Origin: an uncultured delta proteobacterium | GTDB taxonomy: Bacteria > Desulfobacterota > Desulfuromonadia > Geobacterales > DSM-12255 | Direction: 5' to 3' | Assembly: GCA_963787125.1 (NCBI GenBank) | Contig: CAWBBV010000001.1 | Span: 384,001-448,000, forward strand | Length of the DNA: 64,000 nt | Shown: in pieces, positions 9,371 through 21,627 of the stretch | Position numbering within the stretch: the first letter of the stretch is position 1 | How the letters are laid out: each line of letters starts with the position of its first letter | Position numbers and translations under genes: made by a program | Notes under the pieces: model-generated | The model's input: the letters and a program-made list of their open reading frames with translations, nothing else | Told to the model about the DNA's origin: nothing | The model's database searches: none

Positions 9371-12300
9371 AACCGTTGTTGATCTGGTTGTTCGGTTCCC
9401 TGCCTGATCCGACACCACCGCAGTTATGGTGTAAACCCTGCCGTCCAGATCATTACCTTCCCGCCACGCCTCCAGCAGCACCGTATCGCCGAATTTAAGC
9501 CCCTGCAGATTGTATTTACCGTACTCATCGGCAACGGAAATGGTCACATCTTTTATATCAGAGCCAAAGGTTGTCACACTACCGGCAATAACTACCGGCA
9601 TCAGCTTCTTGTTCGGCGGCCAGAGAGTCTGCCGGGAAACGCTGACAGACACTTCCGGTGCTTTCGGCACATAAAGAATCGTGGCGGCGGCTGTTGTCTT
9701 GTTGCCTGCCAGATCGTATGCCACAGCCAGCAAACGGTTCTCCCCCTGCGCAAGGCCGCTGATGGGGGCGCGCCAGGTAGTGCCGGCCGGATACTCCACT
9801 GCACCGGCTGTGGCGGTAGCGCAGCTAACGGTTACTGCTATCCCGTTTTCTCTGGTGCCGCTTATAGTCTGGGCTGAGCCGTTCGTCGGCGTAACAACCG
9901 GGTCGATGGTCAGGTTCGGCGGGGTTTTGTCGAAAATGACATTCCTCTGCACGGAGGTCTGCGTTCCCACCTCATTGCTGGCGGTAACGGTTATCGGGTA
10001 GAGCTTTTCGTCTGTGAAGCTGACAATCTGGGAGAAAATACCATCTATCACTGCCGGAGCCATCACATTGCCGTCCATGGCAACAGTAACGCCTACAGCG
10101 GTGTAAGGATCGGAAGCTTTGCCGCTGAGCGTCAGGCTGCTTTTGTTGGTACGGATATCCTGATCCGGTGCGGTTATTGCCAGAGACGGCTTCTGGTCGT
10201 CGAACAGCACGCTCCGCTTCTGGCTGCTCGGGTTACCGGCCAGGTCGGTGGCGGTTATTTCGATGGTGTTCCAGCGGGGTTCGAGTGTTATCGAGGCGGA
10301 GAAGCGGTTGCCATCCATGATCACCGGCTGGATGACTCCATTCAGCTTGGCGGTAACGGTTGAGGTTTCATCCACACCACCCTTGACTTCGATTGGAGAG
10401 GTGGATGTTTTGCTGTTGTCAGCCGGGGTGTCTATGGTTAGGGTTGGCGCGTTCTGGTCAAAGTGAATGGTGCGGCTGTCAACTGCCGTGTTACCGGCCA
10501 AGTCGATGGCATTGACCTCGACAGGATTATCAGCCTTAGTGAGCAACAGCGCCTGGCTGAAAGAGCCGTCAGCGGCAACCGGCACGCTGACGCCGTTGAT
10601 CTCCACCTGGGCGGAGCCGGAGTTGTCCTGCACAGTTCCGGAGACATTAAGGGTTTCCTGATTGGTATAGCTGTTGTTACTCAGGGTTGAGACGGTAAGA
10701 GTCGGGGGAATAGTGTCCTTGATGGTGAACTTGGACCGGGCAACGGCGCTATCGCCGGCTGCCGAGACAAAGCCGAGGAGCAGGTCGTAACCCTTTATCT
10801 CCAATCCGGTGAGCGGGAAGATGAACGTGCCTGCCTTGCTTCCGGCAACCGGCAGCTGTAGAGGGCTTTCCTGGAGAACCTTGGAGATTCCGCTTTGCGG
10901 GTCCCTGATGACCCCTTGCAACTTGCCGTCAAGCGGCACATTGCCGCTGTTGCTGATGGTGTAGAGCGCTTCAAGTGAACTATCCTGAGGGATCTCGGCC
11001 ATAACCGGCCCAATGCTGCCTGATAGTGACGTAGTCGGCACAATGGTAAATGAGGTTGTTGTTGTGGCAAGTTCCGTTGTGCCGCCAACAAGCCGGGCTG
11101 CGACCGTAAAAGTAGTTGGCAGAGTGATGCCGCTGTTCCAGACTTCTGACAGGGTGATGACCGATGCAGGGGCGATGGTTGCGACTCCCCTGTCCGGCAG
11201 ATCGATGATCAAGCCGGATGCAGCGGTCAGGCGCAGCTTCAGGGTGCTGTTTTCCAGAGGGAGGTTCGCTGTCAGATTGGCAAGGCTGACCGTGATTGCC
11301 GCAGCCTCATTGGCAGCGTAAGCGTTTTTGCCGGTTAAAACCGCAAGGCTTGAAGAAGGTAACGAGACAGCAGTCATCCCCCGGTTGTTCCCTTCGATGA
11401 ACTCGACAACGCTGTTGTCGCAATCGGCAAGAGCGAACAGCAGATGGTCGCCGCTCTTGCCGAGCGTATTCCAGGTATAGGGAAGCGTCACCGAGCTCCC
11501 GGCAGGGATGGACGGCACGCTCAGGGTTGTCAGAAGCCCGCCGCCAGTTGCAGGATCGCCGTCGTACAGGGCGGCGCTGCTGGCCGCCGCAGCGGTTTTA
11601 CCCTGATTGTTGACCGTTACCAGAATGGTCATGCTGCTGCCGACCGGAGAGTTGACAGCTACCCTGGCGGTGAGATCAGGCAGGCTGCTGCCGTAGGTAA
11701 AACGTGTCTCCCTGGCAGATGTGAGCCCGCCGACGGTCAGAACCCCCTTCAAGGTATGGAGGCCCGGCGACAGGCTTGCCGCAGGGATGGCCAACGTGTA
11801 GCTTCCCATGCCGTTCAGAGTCACACTGCCGGTATTGATACTCGCACCATCCAGAAATAATTCGATCCCCGCAGCGGTTGTGCCGTACAGATCAGCCTTG
11901 ACAGTTACCGGAGTAGTGACTTCAGGGTAGTCGCTTTTGTCGGTGGCCAGAGAAAGCAGCACCGCTTCGCCGATGTCGAACGCCTTGGCTCCGGAGGCGA
12001 GAAGGAGATCATCCTGGTAGATGCCGTAGACCAGTTTGTGAATCCCCAGAGAGGCGGTTGCGAGTTGGGAGTTTTGAGTTGCAAGTAAAGGCGCAGCGGC
12101 TGTCAGCGCGGCATTGCCGCTTCCGGCTTCAGTGTATACTCCTGCCGGGTCAACGATCCAGGTTCTGATGGTCGCGGCCAGATCGATGTTGCTCTCGATG
12201 GTGAGAGCGAGCTGCATGGTGTCGGTTGCAACATATTTTGTCTTGTCCAGCAGAGCCTCTTTGACCTTCACCTGGATTCCGGCCACGTCGAACGGGTAAG

Positions 12301-15300
12301 AGGCAGTTATGAGTTGTGAGTTTTGAGTTTTGAGTTGGGCATTAAGCTTATAGGTGCCGGCGGTCATGGTTGCGGGGAGGGTGAAGCTTTTGGTTTCAGA
12401 GCCGCTGTAGGCGAAGGTGGTGGTGAAGTCACCGGGGCCGGTCAGAGTCAGGTCGCCGCTGGCGCTCCCCGAAATGGCGGCAGTTACCGTGTCTCCAGGG
12501 TTGTAGAGCTGCTTGTCGGTTGCAAGCGCCAGGACCGCGTCAATCTTGTGAATGTAGATAGTGTTCAGGTGGATGGAGCGCCCCGATTCGGAATAGATGC
12601 CGTAGAAAAGCTTTTCGCCGGTTATCTGGGTCAGCGGCACGTTGAAGACGAGTGTCTGGCTGCCGTTTAAGGTAAAGCTCTGTTTCTCGTTGGAGCCGTT
12701 GTAGTTGACCCTGGCAAAGAGGCCGGGGGCTGCGCCCGCATCTTGTTGGGTTACATTCAGGGTAAGGGTGGCGGTTTCGCCTGGAGCATAACCCGCCTTG
12801 TCGAGGGTAGCTGTTACTGTCAGATTGAGTCCCAGAAGACGGTATTTCACCGTTCCCAGTTCCCTGTTCACAGATCCCGCCTTCAGGTTGTACGAGGCAA
12901 AGTAGTCCTTCTCTTCCAGGTCGTTGGCTGTCTGCAGGGCAAAGGCGATCTCCTTCTCTTCCCCCGGCTTCAGCCATTCAGAGCGAGTGGCGTTGACCAG
13001 GTCGTCGGCCTTGAAAGAGAGTTCGAAGACACCTTCCTGATTGCCGCTGTTCTTTACCTTGAAGGTGAAATCCGAGCTGCCGCCGGAGGGGATGGTACGG
13101 TACTGGGGCAACTGGCTGATGGTTATGGTCGGCCCAAGGAGATTGAACGGCGTTGTTCGTGAGGCCAGTTCTCTGTTGCCGGTATCGAGGAGTTCGGCCC
13201 TGATTGTGTAGGCTCCCTGTTTGAGGGGCGCAAGGTAAATATTGAAAGCAAGGCTATTCGGGACAGGTAGCAGCGCTTGGGGCAGAGTGACCTCCTGCAC
13301 CGAACTCCAGACAGCCGCACCGTTGGAGTCGATCAGGGAGAGGCGGACGCTCCCCTCTATGGACAGATAACCAAGATTGGTGACATTGACAGTCGCCGGG
13401 AGGAGGCTGGCGCTCTGCGCTCCGACGGCCAGGGTCAGCTCTGCTTTGGTCTCCTTCCTGACCTGAAAGGTGGCCGCTATTCCGGCGGCAGGCTTCAGGC
13501 TGGTTGCCGCAAGCTGGTAGCTCCCTTCGGTGAGGTCATAGATTATGGTGTCGGCGCTGCTTCCCCCTTTAGCCAGGAAGTAGCTCTTTGCCTGCTGACT
13601 GATGGGGCTTGTCCCCTGATTCAGTTGATAGTTGATCGTAAACAGGTTATCGATGAGGCCGCTGTTGGTGATGGAAAGGGGCAGGGAGACCTTCCCTTCC
13701 GGGTAGAGCGCCTGGGGTGCAGCGGTCAGGGCGACTGCCGGACCGTATTTGAACGCTTTGGTGATCGTTTGCGTCAGGTCGCCGGAGAGGGTGAAGCTGT
13801 CGGTAGTGTCGGCGCTTATCTGTCGGCTGTACTGGAGTAGTTTCGTCTGCCCGGCAGGAATGGTAACGGTTTCGGGCTGCTGATCGAATGATTTGCCAAC
13901 AGTGATTACTGCCTCGACCTTGCCGCTGTTTTTGAGTTCAAGACCGATGGCGAACGGATCGTTAGCAGCAATGTCAGGCGCTGTCAGCGTAGCGGTTACT
14001 TTGGGGCTGGCAACTTCGTACTGGTCGGCGATTTGCGCCAGGGTCAAGGCGTTCTGCGTAACTGCACCGTTAAGGGCGAAAGCGCCCTCTGCTCCTGCCG
14101 TGGTGATAATGCTGAACGGTCTGCTTCCGTTTGCGGGGATGGTAAAGGTAGCGTTATAAAGCGCCTGCTCTGCGCCACCGGTCGGCTTCCCTTTAAGGTT
14201 GAGAGTGAGGTTAGCCGCCTCGGTCGTGGCAAAGTTCTTCACTTCGCCGCTGATAGTGACTGTCTCGCCCGGCTTGTAGATTCGCTTGTCAGTGGTGAAG
14301 CTGAGCAGCGTGTTCCCTTGTGCCACAAAGAACGGGTACTCTGCCGCTGCGACGCTCTGGCCGGTGCTGGAGGTGAGAGTTCCCTGGAGGTAATACTTCC
14401 CGGCAGAACCGATAGTGCCGATGATATTGCTTAGGTTGGTTGTCGCGCTCGGCGCCAGGTTGGTCGGGACATCAGCCTGCCAGATTATGTCGCCGGGGTT
14501 GTCGCCATAGGTGACAGATATGTCATGGAGCAGCGGGGTAATGTTGGTGTCGCTTGTCTCCAGCGTTGCCTCCACTTCGATCCATCTGCCAGACGGACTT
14601 GTGACCGGCGCACCGCTGGCGGTATAATAGTCGCTCCAGGATGAGGTGTCGAGGCTGGTTTCGTCAGCAGCGGTACGAGTGCGGAACCGGATCGACGTCT
14701 GCACGGGTTGGGTAGTTGAAAACATAATACTTCCCCACTTAGTGCCCGGCACTCCTGAGTCCTGCTTCAGATTAAGTGTTCCGTTGTCGGAATACGTGCC
14801 TGTGTTGGTATAGAAGCTGTCGATATCCGTCTTTACGGCTGGGCTGTTTGCATTAGTAAGCGTGTAAAGCTTTATGGTTATCGGATTAGTCGACATTCTA
14901 CTTTCGGAAAATATATTGGCCCATTGCTCTCCAAGCAAATAATCTGTGAATCCGGTGGTTCCTTCCTTCCGGACACGGAATGAACCGGCGCCTGAAGTGT
15001 ATGCCACCTGACTGCCCGGGAAGTAGTTCCACCCATTTACAAAGGAAATACCCTGAACAGTCTGGCCACCACCTAAGGAACTGACAGTGGAACTTCGATA
15101 AAGGTAGAATCCGGATAGTCCATCTGTTGCCAAGATCTGGTATGATCCCCAATTGCTCATGGCAGGTAGAGCGGAAAAGTTCCTTGTTTTTGATACAGCG
15201 CTGAAATCGCCCTTCAATGGCGCGCGAAGATCAAGTCCATGCCATACTGAAGCTGCGTTGCTCGTCAGATGAAAAACACCGGAAGATTCATCTGCGTCGC

Positions 15301-18300
15301 TTTTTCCCCATAAATTCCACCTATCCCTATTCAATATGCCGTCATCAAAATTGTCGTTGAGCGGCAGCAGTCTTACCGAATCAACAGTCTGGTTCTCGGT
15401 CTTGATCCGACCGGAGTTGACTTTGAAGTTGTCAAAGGCAGCGCTTGCTCCACCAGCCCCTCTATAGACATACATGACAACTGAAGGCGTGTCAGCTATT
15501 TGTGGGCTGCTATAATTGACCAGTTGCGTCCATCCGTTACCGTTCCAGAAATAAGTATCTATGGTTGTACCGGTACGAACCACTCTGAAGCGGCCTGACT
15601 GTGAATAATTTCCTGCGTTGGCTAATCCGACAGTCCCTCCACTAAGCTGAACCCCGCTGATATAGCCTTCATTCTGAGTATTTTTTATGAATATCCAGTT
15701 TAAACCGGAACCGATTCCAAACTCGGCTCCTTGATTGGAAACGCTGATATTCTGACTGAAATCCACCTGAATATCAAAGTCTCCTTCAAGCTGCCATTTA
15801 CTAGTCATAGATGATTGTACCGCGGTACTATTGATGTTAGCAGTTCCCGATTGCGCAGTAACATTACCAACGATTGTCCATTTATCCTGATCGATATTTC
15901 CCTTCTCAAAATCATCATCCGGAATAATCCAGTCATTGACGCCGTAAGTATCCACTCCGTTCCGCACACCCTGCTGGAAGTCGAACTGGCTGGTCCAGGT
16001 CTTCCGCTGCAGGTTGCCGCCAGCGGTGGTTACCTGAAGGTGAAGATTCCCCCCGGTAATGCCGTGCCGCTGTTGGTGATAGTGCTTAGCCCGGTAATGC
16101 TCTCCATATTCAGATAAGACGGTTTGTCGCTGCGCAGGGTGAGCGCTCCCTTGATGCCGCTGACCGTCAACTGCTTCTGCACCATCGCTGCCTGGCTGGT
16201 TATGGTGTTCCGGTATGTGGCAGCGAGGGTGTAAACCCCGTCAATAGCTCCCAGCGGAATGGGGAGGCTCAAGGCAATCGCCGCTCCCGCCGGGACGCTC
16301 GCAGTGGCGCTCTGGTCGGCGATCTGGGCGTACTTCGCATCGTAGAGGGTCAACCGGTACTCTGCAGTCGTGTCTTTCCCGCCGATGTTGCTGATTGTCG
16401 GGGTCACGGTCCCTCCCGCGATGGATGAACTCAGCGTAAGAGAGAAGGCAAGGAGAGACTCGGGGACTGTGATGGAAAACTCCTTCGTAATGGCGGAGCC
16501 GCCCGGCAGCGTGAGGGTGACGGTCACATTGTGCTGCCCGGCGATCATTGAAGCAGGAAGGGGTACGGCATATTGCACGGGCAGGGTTTGTCCCTGCCCG
16601 ATGTTCATGGTCTTTGTGTCCGTATATCCGGCATCCGGTACGGTCATGGTGACGCTGACGTTATTGAGGCTGAACCTGCCGCTGTTGGCAAGGTTTACCG
16701 CCAGGTTCGCCGTCTCCCTGATCCGGTAGGAGGGCTTGTCAAAGTTTGCGGCGATGGAGACACTGTTTGCCAGGGAAACTGAACTGTTTCTCCCTGGCCC
16801 GGCTTCGTCTCCCTGATTGTAGGCAAGGGTGTAAACACCGAACTTGGGTGGCGGGACAGCAAGGGAGAGGTCGAGGTTTTTCGTCTGCCCGACATCGAGG
16901 ATGAACGGCTGGGAAACGCCGGCTACTGTGGCACTATCCGGGTCGGTGAGCGTTACACTGAGAAGACCGGTAGTGACCGGTATGATTCCCAGGTTCACCA
17001 GGTTGAAGCTGAGCTGGTTGGCTCCGGCCTGCCAGCCGGCGGAAAGGCTCGGGGTGATAGCGACCAGCCGCAAGGGGATCTCGAATACTGCGGAATCACC
17101 GCCGATCTTTTTGCCGCTCACGTCAAGTACTTCGCTTGACAGGGTATAAACGCCGCCCTGAGCTGCCTGCGGGAGGGGGAAGGAGAAGCTGCGGGACGCC
17201 CCTCCACTCGCGGGGAGGATCACATCTGTAGTGTTGCTGAAAAAGATACTGTTCGCAGGGTCGGTAACCGTTACCTTCAGCTTGACGGTCGTTGCCAAGC
17301 TGCGGCTGTTGCCCAGGCTTATGCCGAGATCGACCGTTTCGCCTCTGGAGTAGCGCGACTTGACAGTGGCGGTGGTGACGCTGACCTGCGGGAAGACCCC
17401 CTTGAAGCTCAGCATGTAGCTGCCGATCTGCACGTTGTTTTCGTCATACAGGTAGGCATGCAGGGTCTCGAACATATTGTAATCGATGAACGGGTCGGAG
17501 CCGCTGATGGTGGTCTCGCCGTTGGCGGTGGCCGTGACCGGCCGTTCGTGGGTGCGGCCGGTATGGGGAAGCACTGTTTTCAGGGTCAGATTGCGGGTGG
17601 TTGCGGTGTTGTTGAAGATGTGGAAGGTGTAGACGAAGGGTTCGTTGAAGAAGACCTCCTGGTTGGGGGAGGTGATGGAGAGCCAGATATCCTTCTTGAC
17701 CGTGCCTACTTGCGGCGGGTTGCTGACTGCGAAGCGGCCGGAGTCGGTTTCGGCCTGGGGCTGGATGATTGTGTTTGTGACATCCAGGAGGAGGTAGTCG
17801 ATGTGGTAGATGCCGAGAGCCCCGTTGGACGGCGCTTGCCAAGTTACGGTGTTGATGGCGGATTGCCCGGCGGGGAGGGATGTGCTGACTGCCTGTTCCA
17901 GAAGCAGCGTGGAGCGGTCCGGGTTCCAGATCTGGAGCTTGATTGATGATGCGTCCGTGGCGGTGCTGTTGGTAAGGGTCACCGGAACAGTAATGGATTC
18001 TCCCGGCTTGATCTCCGGCAGCGTAGCCGGTTTCTTCGCCCAGGAGAGGATGTCGCGCATCAGGCCAATCTCCTCCTGGGACGCCTGGCCATGGCCATAG
18101 GCCCAGTCGGAGTACATGCTGGTTACGACTACCCGTCCCAGTCCGTGCTCGTACATGAGCAGCGCCGGCTGGCCGTTGGCGGTGCGACGCAGGAGGATGG
18201 TGGAGTTGGCCGGATAGCCGGTAAAGTAGCCGTCCACGTTCAGCGTCGGCGTCGAGCGCGACTGGCCGGACAACATCTGGTGCCAGCTCTCGATGGCGAC

Positions 18301-19713
18301 CGAATCGGCAAAGCAGTTCTGGTCCTCTTCCCAGCCATAGCCGGTGATCGGCCTACCGTCAGGGGTGGGGATAGAGGCGTAGTCGTAACCGTGCTTCTGG
18401 GAAAGGACGATGAGGGTGCCACCCTGCTTGACGTACTCGTCGAGGGAGGCTTTGAGCATGGGGGAGTCGTTGAAGCCGGTCAGCGCGCCGGAAGGAACCA
18501 GCAGCACCGGCTGGTTCTTGAGCAACACAGCAGGATTGAGAGTCTCCTTCACCTCGCGGATCGGCTCCTTCAGCCGCTTCAGCAGCAGCTCGGCGGCATT
18601 GTCCACAAAGGCGTCGGAGAGGAGGGCGACGTCGGCGGAGGCATAGTAGGTGTCTTCGAAGGAGTGCTTGACCTCCTTCTGTGCGCGGCCAGTGACAAGG
18701 TCAAATTGCTGTGCTGCCAAGCTGTAGTCGGCCTCTGTAGTTGTCGCAGCCATTTTGGCATATGATTCGGTTATGGCCTTTTCCAGGAACAGACCGTTGT
18801 ACCCCTTCTTGATACCGGTGCGGCCATAGAGGTCTTTCCATGCCTGCTTGGTAACATCCAGCTGTTCCAGTTCTATCCGACGGGAAGATACATCGAAGTT
18901 GTCATCGGCATGGCCACCGCCTGGTCCGGTGTTATTAGATTGGGGGGGTGTGGTATCACGGTAAAATCTTTCAAGTAGACCGCCACTCATGCGGATGCTC
19001 ATGGGGATAAGAAGTTTCGCTGTGTATTCTGCCTCATAATCACTTATGGTCGAAAAAGCTGAGTCCCAGGGGTAGCCTCCGAAGTATGTCTGTTCCGACA
19101 TAGTATCCATGAAACCAGCCATGTCACCTGCCATGATTCTGTATTTGAACTGTGGGATATTAAATATCTTATCCAGATATCCAGTCTCATTAAAAGTGCT
19201 GAGGTCGGTTATCCAATTATCTGAAACCCACCATTCATAACCCTTCTTTGTTATCGTTGATTGAATTAGGTGTATTCCAGATAGATTTCGATGAACGTGA
19301 GATGGGACTGATACATCTTGTAATAAATGAAGCGCTTTACCAAGACCACTCCAGTCGTTGTTTTTTCGCGCCAAATCGTAATAGCTTATGGCGTAATCTT
19401 TTGCATTTGGTAGTGCACATGAAGTGAAATATACGCTTGTTGACCTATCCTCACCGCTACAGAGATATATTGCTGTAGGGTCGTAGAAATGATGCAGAAG
19501 GTTCCAGGTGGAATCTTCTGCTTGATTTGCACTGTTAATAGAAGTACGCTTAGCTTTTAGCGTAGCCTGTATCTCGTCATTTGCATAAGTTAACTTGTTA
19601 ATCGCAAATGTTGTGATATTCTGATGATCCCCATAGTCATTGGATGAATTATATGCGAATGCCGATACTGCAAGCGATAGATAAATAATAACTACAAAAG
19701 AGTATCTATTCAT
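9344..19713 (-). CDS. Giant secreted multidomain protein (~3456 aa if frameshift repaired): N-terminal Zn-dependent phospholipase C-like domain, Ig-like/CARDB repeats, two lectin-like beta-sandwiches, C-terminal LWPPN...VPHD domain; frameshifted at 16049-16054
   Basis: ORFs 16030..19713 and 9344..15967 join if one G is added to the minus-strand G6 run (...TALPG-G-NLHLQVTTAGGNLQRKTWTSQFDFQQGVRNGVD...). HFYDP and LGKALHLLQDVSVPSH motifs; CARDB-like LPDL...VVEFIEGNN. Confidence 0.85.
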
Positions 19714-20444
19714 TTCATTCTCCCATCGTGCTGTTCAAGCATCTTGATTCCATTATTATATCCTTCTAGGTAAGCAGAGTAGCTTCTGCTTTCATCACGA
19801 CTTAGTGTTAATAAGTTGTTTAATAAATGTCTGTTTAAAATCGAATACGACCTACCATTAATATATCCTTTTAAGTTAGATTCTAAAAATGCTGACATAT
19901 AGTCGTTGAAATAATGCTCGTAGCTATTTGGCACTTTTATGTCATTATATTTCTCAATAAGCCGGATAGTTATATTAGCGTCACTATGCTCGGCTCTTCT
20001 TTTTACAAGCCTGTAATTATCTTTAATAACAATTACGAGTGGATCATTATCAATTCTGCAATATACAGGAAAGAACATTACCGGTATTTCCTTAATTGTC
20101 TTAGACAGGTTAGCAACTCCATTACAGTCTGTTTCAATAATCTCAACCTTGAATGTCTTGTCACTTCCGCCTGCTATATTAAATTCTGTTGACCTGTATT
20201 CAACCATTACAAGAGCATTTGATACTGGAATATTATTTTGATCAACCACAGTTATAGTATTCAACTTGTAATATAATCCTGAAATTCTGTATGAAGCGGG
20301 CACATATATAGAGATTACCAACAGCACACATACAGCTATCAACAGTTTATGGTATAGTAGTAATTTCTTTGACAGCTTTATCAATATTATTGTTATTGCA
20401 ATTGCTAGTGCCGGAATACTTAAAATCAAAATATAACTAATCAT
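19710..20444 (-). CDS. AT-rich membrane-anchored hypothetical protein (candidate immunity/partner of the giant protein)
   Basis: Two N-terminal hydrophobic helices, then VVDQNNIPVSNALV...TDCNG beta-sandwich-like segment; GAGGAGG RBS; ATGA overlap with next gene. Confidence 0.7.
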   Translation of the reverse strand: MISYILILSIPALAIAITIILIKLSKKLLLYHKLLIAVCVLLVISIYVPASYRISGLYYKLNTITVVDQNNIPVSNALVMVEYRSTEFNIAGGSDKTFKVEIIETDCNGVANLSKTIKEIPVMFFPVYCRIDNDPLVIVIKDNYRLVKRRAEHSDANITIRLIEKYNDIKVPNSYEHYFNDYMSAFLESNLKGYINGRSYSILNRHLLNNLLTLSRDESRSYSAYLEGYNNGIKMLEQHDGRMK

Positions 20445-20582
20445 GCGAACTCCCTCCTCGTAGACTCAGAGATACCCAATGGTGTCAGCGTAACCAACGG
20501 CGCTTGCCAGACTAAAAATGCGGGACAAAAAATGCAGAAAAGAATAAACCATAGAATAAACCATAGGGGTCAAGAATAAACC

Positions 20583-21627
20583 ATAGGGGTCAAGTCTCCA
20601 AATATCAAATTACCAGGAAACCCTCTACTTTTTCTACCTCTCCACGCAGATGCTTATCTGTTTCCATCTTCCTCGAAAGCAGGCGACGCGCTTCTGCTAT
20701 TGCGGTTTCGCCAACACCAAACAGTTTGCCGATTTCCCGAAGTTTCTTGCCGCTGCATTTGTGGCAGAGATACATCCCTACCTGACGAGCCAGCCTTTCA
20801 TTTGTTCCAATTACTGCTGCCACTGCCTTCAATATCTCTTCAGGCTCCGGTTTTGACTTGAATTGCCGAATGCCCGGGACAGCTCTGTCTAACTCTTTCT
20901 CCGCGAGATGCGCTTTTGTCAACATCTCTACAAATTCAGTCGTGCCGAGCACCGCTCCGCCAAATGTGTTTTTGAAGGGGCTCTCATATTTTTCCCCAAG
21001 TAGGTTCTCTACAAAGGATCGATACTTCTGTTTTGCTTCAGTTGCATTACTGCTGAAATAATCTAGAACTGTTTCTACCTTCAGCCACGAGGGTGCGACG
21101 CTTTGACCGATGTAGCTGTTATAGCTTGACCAGCGGTATTCTTCCGGACGGGTAACCATTCCAGCTCTTACCGGGTTTAAATGGATATATCGAGAAAGCT
21201 CTAGCGCATATTCGCCGGCTTCAATCAGAATTGCCTTGAACCTCCCTTGAAACAGGTGTCCGGCGCGTCTCCGTTTTACGTTGAAGTATGTGGTGTAGGC
21301 TCCATTAATATGTCGCATAATCTGCGAGAGTTTCCCCTCAGGTGTTTCCAACAGCAGGTGGTAATGGTTGCTGAGAAGGCAGTAGGCATGGATTAAAGCA
21401 CCATACCGCTCGGTTGCCGATGCCAGATATTCAAGAAACTTCTCTCTGTCACGCTGACTCTTGAATACATCTTTTTGTTCATTTCCTCTCGATGTGACAT
21501 GGTAATATGCTCCCGGATAAGTTATGCGTAGCGGTCGCGCCATATAGGACTCCTTTGACTGATAAGATTCTCTTTTATCATTTCAAAGCATACCAGGTAA
21601 TTTGATATTTGGAGACTTGACCCCTAT
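20583..21627 (-). mobile_element. RAYT/Y1-transposase element bounded by perfect 32-bp inverted repeats
   Basis: ATAGGGGTCAAGTCTCCAAATATCAAATTACC (20583-20614) is the exact reverse complement of 21596-21627. Confidence 0.8.
20605..21543 (-). CDS. REP-associated tyrosine transposase-like protein (Y1 HUH) with C-terminal HTH
   Basis: MARPLR...YYHVTSRGN, HUH motif NHYHLL, GHLFQGRFK, YIHLNPVRAG, YRWSSY; C-terminal LREIGKLFG HTH. Confidence 0.92.
   Translation of the reverse strand: MARPLRITYPGAYYHVTSRGNEQKDVFKSQRDREKFLEYLASATERYGALIHAYCLLSNHYHLLLETPEGKLSQIMRHINGAYTTYFNVKRRRAGHLFQGRFKAILIEAGEYALELSRYIHLNPVRAGMVTRPEEYRWSSYNSYIGQSVAPSWLKVETVLDYFSSNATEAKQKYRSFVENLLGEKYESPFKNTFGGAVLGTTEFVEMLTKAHLAEKELDRAVPGIRQFKSKPEPEEILKAVAAVIGTNERLARQVGMYLCHKCSGKKLREIGKLFGVGETAIAEARRLLSRKMETDKHLRGEVEKVEGFLVI

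Noticed and set aside
20541..20592. Short direct repeats as a CRISPR array
   Set aside because: No unique spacers, only 2-3 abutting units, no cas genes.
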